IMG/VR virus record: IMGVR_UViG_3300010224_000001 | Location: 258,571 to 322,570 of that record | Direction: 5' to 3' (one strand) | Length of the DNA: 64,000 bases | Origin: a virus | In this document: in pieces, positions 57,872 through 64,000 of the stretch | Layout: the number at the start of each line of letters is the position of its first letter | How positions within the stretch are numbered: position 1 is the first letter of the stretch | Translations under genes and position numbers: made by a program | The notes under the pieces: generated by a model | Database searches by the model: none | The model's input: the letters and a program-made list of their open reading frames with translations, nothing else | What the model was told of the DNA's origin: nothing

Positions 57872-59398
57872 TTATTGGCTACTAGTTTCCACGATTAAGC
57901 TTTGCACTGTACCAAACTTGATAGTGTAACCTCTTGGATTGTTACCTGGACGGATGTTCTCCATCGCCATTAACAAGCTAGTTTTAGAGATATAATTATC
58001 ACCAATCAAAGGTGGTAACAAACCGCGATCTTTTAAACTAGGATCAATGGTGTCAAGAATCTGAATAGCAGCGCGACCATGACTGCGTAAGCGCTCTAAT
58101 GCATTACCTTTCAGTAAGAACAGATCCTTCACTAACCCGACCCGAATATGGTGTTGGTGACGCAGATTGATATCCGTAGTGCCAAACACATCGAGATCTT
58201 TAGTAATCCGAAGCGGCGTCGGATCAATCAAGTATTCATTGCGATAGAAACTCACCATGATAGCGGACAGATACGGCTTGGTTAAATAGTCAGCTTCATC
58301 TGCCAGGTAAGTCAGGATATCATCACTGAACTTCTTATTACCTAAGTCTTTCAATGACAAGAAGAGTTGCGGATTGGTTTGATCAATCGTAAACAATATC
58401 GTCAGCAAACGCATGGTTTGAATCGGAATCGATGCAGGCATGAATTCATCAAACGAAGGAATCGAGAAACCTTCTTCACGTCGAATGGTTTGATCCACGT
58501 GATTCTCAAATGGGATCAATACGCGAGTACTTAATGCATGCGCTTGCAAGACATCATCTTCCGATTGAACCGGATCTTCACGCAAGTTAGATGCGATCAA
58601 CTGGTTATGCACTACCAGTGGGTAGAACATAGCAATTTCAGTCGGTCGTTGATAAGTGAACTTATACGAGAATGAGATCGTCCAAGTTGCACCATCGTCT
58701 TCCGTTGCGCCGTTGTCGGGTAATTCAAAGTCGAACATACCTTGTACGCGCATTTGTGTTTCTGGCACAGACCACAGTAATGCTGAGGCACTTAAGTTAG
58801 TTTGCTCAGTCATCCTTGGATGGCGGTTCTTCTCGAAATACTGATCGTAAGTTTCACCATAACCGTCTACATTTTCACGTAAAGTATGCAGCTGCTGCAA
58901 GATGTATAACATCTCAGGTGGAATGTTGTAACTATACGTGAGCGTATGCATGTTGATGTCACGCCGCTGGCGTAACTTGGCTTCGATGGTGTCGCGCCAG
59001 TAGATGGCTGCATTCTTATTGTTCGCACGATACTTAACGTGAACAATCGTGTCAGTCATACAGTACACTGGTTTCATGAAGATCTGTAAGGATTCGTCTT
59101 GAAAGATCATCAAGTTACCAGGACCATAGACAGGTTCTCCTAATACACGAGACTCACCCACACGTTCTTCAACTTCAATCGAGATTTTGTCATTGAAGGA
59201 AAACTTGTTGGGATCATCACCAGTTGGCACGCCAATGGCTGAACCTAACTGCTTAGCTTTATCTCCGTCTCCAGCGTAGAGGATGTTAATGTTAGTCGGC
59301 AAGCCAGTGATATCAATTAACTGACGCACCACATCAAAGATCACAGGGCGAGTTACGCACTCTGTCATCTCTGGAACCGCTAAAAGAATCTTCGGCAT
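57872..59398 (-). CDS. conserved phiKZ-like virion structural protein (gp98-like position)
   Basis: RPV, F.Y.F.Y..P, YP..VHNQ, IP.FDEF. Confidence 0.65.
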   Translation of the reverse strand: MPKILLAVPEMTECVTRPVIFDVVRQLIDITGLPTNINILYAGDGDKAKQLGSAIGVPTGDDPNKFSFNDKISIEVEERVGESRVLGEPVYGPGNLMIFQDESLQIFMKPVYCMTDTIVHVKYRANNKNAAIYWRDTIEAKLRQRRDINMHTLTYSYNIPPEMLYILQQLHTLRENVDGYGETYDQYFEKNRHPRMTEQTNLSASALLWSVPETQMRVQGMFDFELPDNGATEDDGATWTISFSYKFTYQRPTEIAMFYPLVVHNQLIASNLREDPVQSEDDVLQAHALSTRVLIPFENHVDQTIRREEGFSIPSFDEFMPASIPIQTMRLLTILFTIDQTNPQLFLSLKDLGNKKFSDDILTYLADEADYLTKPYLSAIMVSFYRNEYLIDPTPLRITKDLDVFGTTDINLRHQHHIRVGLVKDLFLLKGNALERLRSHGRAAIQILDTIDPSLKDRGLLPPLIGDNYISKTSLLMAMENIRPGNNPRGYTIKFGTVQSLIVETSSQ

Positions 59399-59505
59399 GG
59401 TTTCCTCTTTAAGGATATTAACTCATACAATCGTTTTTATCCCTGGAATACATAAGGTCATAAGAGCCACTACTCTCAAAAACGAGAGTAGTGGTCTATG
59501 ACGTA

Positions 59506-60813
59506 TTAAACCATGTGCAGATAATGCGTTAAGCATTTCTTAGTAAACGCTTCGATTGCAGTCAGCTGTTGACGCACCACACGCAGCATTGCATTTGCAG
59601 TCGCCGTCGTGGTAGTGGCATAGTGTTTATTGAAACGCAAGAAGGTTTGCACGTAAGCTTGAGCAGCTTCCGGAACTTCCATGCTATCAATTGCATCTAC
59701 CAATTGAGTCGTTGCAGCTTCAATTTGTTTTTGCGCAGATTGAAGTTTGTTCTGACCCGAGTTCAAATAGCTAAGTGCGATATCCAGCGTGTCAATTGCA
59801 ACGTCAAGAATCTTAATCAGCATATCAGGACGCGGCAGTTTCACTTCCACGGACAACTTGCTATCGCTAGCATGCTGCTCTAACTCAACGAAGCTGGCTA
59901 AGTAAGCATTCAGACGTTGAATCGCTGTGAACTTACTGACCACTTGTTCTTCACGCATCTTCATCATGAGTTGCACACCACCAGGTAAGTCAGGCGTTAA
60001 CGCCACGCCAAGGTAATGTTCGTCACGTTTTGGTTTAGTGAACTCATTGTGCGTTTTAGTCATGGTCGTCATGTCTAAAACGAATTGTGCGATATGCTTA
60101 GAGAAGTCCCGCGTCAGTAAACTTGGTTCTTCCGTACGTTTCAAACTACCTGTGCAATTCTTCAGTAAGTCAGTGATAACTTTAGCAACCGCGGCATCGT
60201 TATCGGCATGACCAACCAAAACCTTTTCAGTGCTTTGATGCACGATATCCCAGTTGTCTAAGACACCGTCCGCATTTCGAGGAGCACGACCATTACGCAC
60301 ACACAAACCTAACGGAACGGTTTGTTCAGCGTTGTAGTTACGTGGATCGATCTTCTTGGCTTGATCACGTAATGTCACTAAGCGCTGTTTATGCGAGTCT
60401 AAGAACATCGAGTATTTACTAAACGATGCTTTGATTTGATCCCGCAGTTGCCTGAGCATTTCCAGGATCGATTCCCAGATCTTCTTCAGATAACTCTTCA
60501 CATCACTTAACGACTCAGTACTTAAGACTGGGTCGGCAAAGATAACAGTAGGATCGGCATCTGTACCAACCACCGCCATCTCGCCAATGGAGCGCACCAA
60601 CGAGGCGTTCGCATCCAACTCATTTTCAGGCGTAGCTTCAGCGATGATTAACACATCTTCTAAAGCTTGCCCTGTATCTTCAACTCGGTTTAAGTTGTCG
60701 ATCGTCGATTGAATTGTCGCATCGCCATCGCTAATCTCACCCAAGAGAATAGCTTGCTCCTCTAATGAGAGATCACCTACTGTTGCAGTAGGAGGTTGAA
60801 AAAACTTTTTCAT
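59506..60813 (-). CDS. internal head (ejection) protein, phiKZ gp93-97 family
   Basis: Acidic propeptide, LSTES processing site, then an amphipathic helix. Confidence 0.8.
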   Translation of the reverse strand: MKKFFQPPTATVGDLSLEEQAILLGEISDGDATIQSTIDNLNRVEDTGQALEDVLIIAEATPENELDANASLVRSIGEMAVVGTDADPTVIFADPVLSTESLSDVKSYLKKIWESILEMLRQLRDQIKASFSKYSMFLDSHKQRLVTLRDQAKKIDPRNYNAEQTVPLGLCVRNGRAPRNADGVLDNWDIVHQSTEKVLVGHADNDAAVAKVITDLLKNCTGSLKRTEEPSLLTRDFSKHIAQFVLDMTTMTKTHNEFTKPKRDEHYLGVALTPDLPGGVQLMMKMREEQVVSKFTAIQRLNAYLASFVELEQHASDSKLSVEVKLPRPDMLIKILDVAIDTLDIALSYLNSGQNKLQSAQKQIEAATTQLVDAIDSMEVPEAAQAYVQTFLRFNKHYATTTTATANAMLRVVRQQLTAIEAFTKKCLTHYLHMV

Positions 60814-60886
60814 TAAAAGATCCTTCGAGGATGGACGAGTGAATCACTACCATCCTCAGTGAAGATGGTAGTATTGGTCACACGTG

Positions 60887-62221
60887 TTAGTAAAGAGCGA
60901 CAGCCTTTTCACACACGTTAAGCGTAGCACGTACAGCATCCGTACCACGTTTGATGAATTCACCCGGCAGACTCGACATCCAACGTGCGTAAGTGGTGTT
61001 GAAGTTCATCAGCGACTTCATCACGTCCATCGCAAACGCAGCTTCCGAACCCGTTACGTTATTCTCAGCACGTGTCCAAGTGGCTTCCGCAGTATTACCA
61101 GCAGCAGTGATCGCTTGTTTGGTATCTTGCATACCTTTGTAATTGCTACTGACTTCAAACGAAGACATGGCTTTCACTAAGGCTTCCACGGAATTCAGAA
61201 TTTCATCCACTTCGATCAGAGTCGGCGTAGCGATAACGTTCTTCACCGTAAACGAATGCGTACCAGGCATCTTGCTCGTACCCAGCGATACGTAGGTGTG
61301 ACGCAGTGCGTTCAGTGTTTGAGCAGCAGACAGATCACCAACTTTCTTGGAGTCTGGCATGCGTTTCATCTTGATCTCAAAGCAACCCATGTAACCGTTG
61401 CTTGGAACACCAGAAATGACACTACGGAAGTTGGCAGCACCAAGACGCTTAGCAGCAGACTCTAAAGTATCAGAGGCTTTAGCCGGTTCAAAGCCACGCA
61501 GCTCTTCAGCGATAATCGAACCCTGGGCTTTCACTGATTGAGTGTATTGACCAAAGACCCAGTCACCCAGTTTGTTCAGATCTTTCAGACCTGCCTTGAG
61601 TTCGCGCGCATCTTTGATCAGGTAACCCGGATACGACAGAGCGGTAGCGCCGACCACCACAGCCACTTCACGCGACTTCGGCTCTTTAGCGCCTTCCTTC
61701 TTCTTAGCAGCGACGAGTTGACGCAGCATCTTGATACGCTGCAGCTGACGCGGCAGGGCGCTGAAGAAGTTCTTGAGTGCTTGTTTGATTTGTTCAATCA
61801 GCATCTCAACATATTCACGAATCTGACGCCAAACATTGGCAGCAGTTTCACGGAAACCTTCGACTGACAGTTTCGTACCGATGTAGCATTCCATCGAAGG
61901 AATAACCACGTCTGGATTGGTATCAGTACCAGCCACTGCCATTTCAGCAGCGGTGTCAATCAGAGCGGCTTGTTGCGGAGTCAGTTCAGCCACACCTTCT
62001 ACCGTGTCAGAGATATCCAGAAGGTTATTCGAGACGTCTTCAACACGCACGGCTTCATCCAACCCAGCTTGAACCTGGTTGTGTAAATCACATGCTTCTT
62101 GCAGAATAACGATTTCTTCTTCCAGCGACAGGACAGGACGATTATGACTCAACGTTTCTGTTCCCATGCTTTCCGTCGAAACCGAAGTATCCTGCTTCGG
62201 ATCGATATAACGTTTGCGCAT
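60887..62221 (-). CDS. internal head protein, phiKZ gp93-97 family
   Basis: SLEE, MAVAGTD, SME and SVE processing motifs. Confidence 0.8.
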   Translation of the reverse strand: MRKRYIDPKQDTSVSTESMGTETLSHNRPVLSLEEEIVILQEACDLHNQVQAGLDEAVRVEDVSNNLLDISDTVEGVAELTPQQAALIDTAAEMAVAGTDTNPDVVIPSMECYIGTKLSVEGFRETAANVWRQIREYVEMLIEQIKQALKNFFSALPRQLQRIKMLRQLVAAKKKEGAKEPKSREVAVVVGATALSYPGYLIKDARELKAGLKDLNKLGDWVFGQYTQSVKAQGSIIAEELRGFEPAKASDTLESAAKRLGAANFRSVISGVPSNGYMGCFEIKMKRMPDSKKVGDLSAAQTLNALRHTYVSLGTSKMPGTHSFTVKNVIATPTLIEVDEILNSVEALVKAMSSFEVSSNYKGMQDTKQAITAAGNTAEATWTRAENNVTGSEAAFAMDVMKSLMNFNTTYARWMSSLPGEFIKRGTDAVRATLNVCEKAVALY

Positions 62222-62256
62222 TTTTTAATTACCTTTTACGATAACAAATAAAAAAA

Positions 62257-62307
62257 AGAAATGTCCCTTACCCCGCTTGTTTTACCAAGAAGAGTAAGGG
62301 ACATCTT
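62257..62307 (-). terminator. intrinsic terminator
   Basis: ATGTCCCTTAC/GTAAGGGACAT stem followed by a T-run. Confidence 0.8.
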
Positions 62308-62319
62308 TAATTGCTTAAC

Positions 62320-64000
62320 TTAAGCAGCAGCCTTAGCGGAAGCAGCTTCAGTTGCACCATGCATTGCCAGCGATTTCTCAGCGTAGTGCAGCAGAGCGCG
62401 GCAGGTGGTGAGCGCATACGGAACGAACGACGAAGCCGGTTGGTCAGCGAATTGAGCAGCGCACTTAGCCAGGGCCACGATGTCGGTTTGCGACAGACCA
62501 GAAGCACTCTCGCCTTCTTGACCAGCAACAGCACGCACGGTAGCCAGCAGTTCGCCTTTAACCTTATCGATCGAACCCATGTTCTTCTTGAATGCCAGAA
62601 CATAGCTGAGGGTGCGCTGAACCATGTTGGCAACAGACACAGCGTCTGCTTTCGACAGGGTTTCCAGCTTAGCGCCTTCAGGAGGAGACATCGACGTATC
62701 AAACGTAGCCAGACGAATCTTGCTAGCAGCCAGCACCGATACTGGTGCATTGTTAGATGCCGGGTAAACACTAACGACTGCTCGGTTACCAGGAAGCACG
62801 CGATCACGAGTAACCACAGCACCATCCGGAACCGAATTGATACCAACCGTCTCAGCCGACACTTTATCACCGGCGCTAAAAGATCCGCGAATCTTACTAG
62901 CCACAGCATCAACCGAACCAGTGCTCTTGATCAGGGAGATCAGCACTTCAGCTTGAGCATAGCCCGCTTCTGCCGAAGACATCACTTTACTAATTTCACT
63001 CGACAGAATACTAGCGGCTTCCGTAGCACGGATACCTTTGCCAGGAATGAACAAAGCACGAGCCAGACCATTGTCGACGAAGCTATCAACAGTCGGAAGA
63101 CCATTGGTTTTCGTACCTTGTTCTTTGAGCTTCTTAGCCTTGACATACAGAGCAGTGGATTCATCGAAGTACTTCTTAAAGGCTTCTTTGATATACTCGA
63201 TACCCTGTTGAATCATCTCGACGATATGATCCAGGATCTTGCGCAGATTGCTCTTCGCTTCTTCCATCGCCAGCGTCGTACCGTCAACTTTGCTCATCGT
63301 AGCGCCGCCGAATGCTTCCATCGACATACGTTGCGATTTAGCATCCATACCCGGAATATTCGCATACAGGCTTTGCAGGTGCAGATTCAGAATCGTGCCA
63401 CCGGAACGATCCAGACCACCGTTTTGAGCAATAATGCGGAGCGATTCCACCGCTACTTCGATCTTACCAGCATTATCGGTAACATCATCCAGTTCGTCGT
63501 TCATGTCGGTGATGTCGGCATCGTAAGCATTCACGCCATCGATGTCGGTATCAACTTCCGTGACACCTTCTTCCAGCAGCGAGCTATCGATCTGATCGAC
63601 TTCATTCGTTTCACCGTCGTTGACAGCGACTTCTTCAGTCAGACCAGCTTCACCAGTGGCACCGCCTTCAACCGTACCAACGTCCGGTTCTTCAGCGACA
63701 GGATCAGCCACAACAGAACCAACTGCCAGATCAGGAATTGCAGCTGCTGCGACTTCAGCGTCAGCAACCGGATCAGCAGGCGTTTCTTCAACCGTCTCTG
63801 CCGGAGTCTCGACGACAGCGTCGGCAGGCGTCTCAGCAGCCACTTCCGCCGGGGTTTCTTCCGCAGGCGTCTCAGCAACATTCACATCAGCCGGAACCTC
63901 CGCAGCAGCTTCAGCCGGGACTTCATCGACAACCGGAGCAGCTTCAACGTCAGCAGCTGCAGCTTCACCTTCAACGGTGTCAGCAACATTCACATCAGCC
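62320..64000 (-). CDS. internal head protein, 5' end truncated by the window edge; long acidic propeptide
   Basis: AVES, SMEA and AMEE sites; E/A/P/V-rich N-terminal region. Confidence 0.8.
   Translation of the reverse strand, partial: ADVNVADTVEGEAAAADVEAAPVVDEVPAEAAAEVPADVNVAETPAEETPAEVAAETPADAVVETPAETVEETPADPVADAEVAAAAIPDLAVGSVVADPVAEEPDVGTVEGGATGEAGLTEEVAVNDGETNEVDQIDSSLLEEGVTEVDTDIDGVNAYDADITDMNDELDDVTDNAGKIEVAVESLRIIAQNGGLDRSGGTILNLHLQSLYANIPGMDAKSQRMSMEAFGGATMSKVDGTTLAMEEAKSNLRKILDHIVEMIQQGIEYIKEAFKKYFDESTALYVKAKKLKEQGTKTNGLPTVDSFVDNGLARALFIPGKGIRATEAASILSSEISKVMSSAEAGYAQAEVLISLIKSTGSVDAVASKIRGSFSAGDKVSAETVGINSVPDGAVVTRDRVLPGNRAVVSVYPASNNAPVSVLAASKIRLATFDTSMSPPEGAKLETLSKADAVSVANMVQRTLSYVLAFKKNMGSIDKVKGELLATVRAVAGQEGESASGLSQTDIVALAKCAAQFADQPASSFVPYALTTCRALLHYAEKSLAMHGATEAASAKAAA

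Noticed and set aside
278-63881. The many other plus-strand and nested ORFs in the track
   Set aside because: They overlap well-supported minus-strand genes and are expected from codon bias.
1-64000. tRNA/rRNA genes or stop-codon recoding
   Set aside because: No cloverleaf was seen in the short intergenic gaps (checked by eye only), and conserved genes are intact under the standard code.

Overview
The window is part of a phiKZ-like (Chimalliviridae-type, nucleus-forming) jumbo phage genome. Essentially all real genes are on the minus strand, densely packed and often coupled. Read in the direction of transcription (right to left), it holds: (i) a late structural block of three internal-head paralogs and four phiKZ-core virion genes (54.4-64 kb); (ii) two receptor-binding cassettes, each an adaptor plus a long fibre plus accessory proteins (37-54 kb); and (iii) about 37 kb of accessory genes. 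The accessory region encodes Tmk, a ThyA split by a group I intron carrying a GIY-YIG endonuclease, DHFR, an NAD+ salvage pair (NAMPT and NMNAT-Nudix), NADAR, SPFH, Nudix, a DUF2829/Tad2-like fusion, an AAA+ ATPase, a GNAT, an HNH endonuclease, an HslV-like peptidase and many small membrane proteins. The most notable observations are: a divergent, C-terminally shortened chimallin-like gene outside the usual core block and next to an AAA+ ATPase; an RNR beta subunit that has lost metal ligands and the radical-relay tyrosine but kept its alpha-binding tail (a probable pseudo-enzyme); and an HNH gene that has taken over the start of an Ntn-peptidase gene, which now appears to begin at ATC. All family calls come from motif recognition by eye and remembered consensus sequences; no searches were run.
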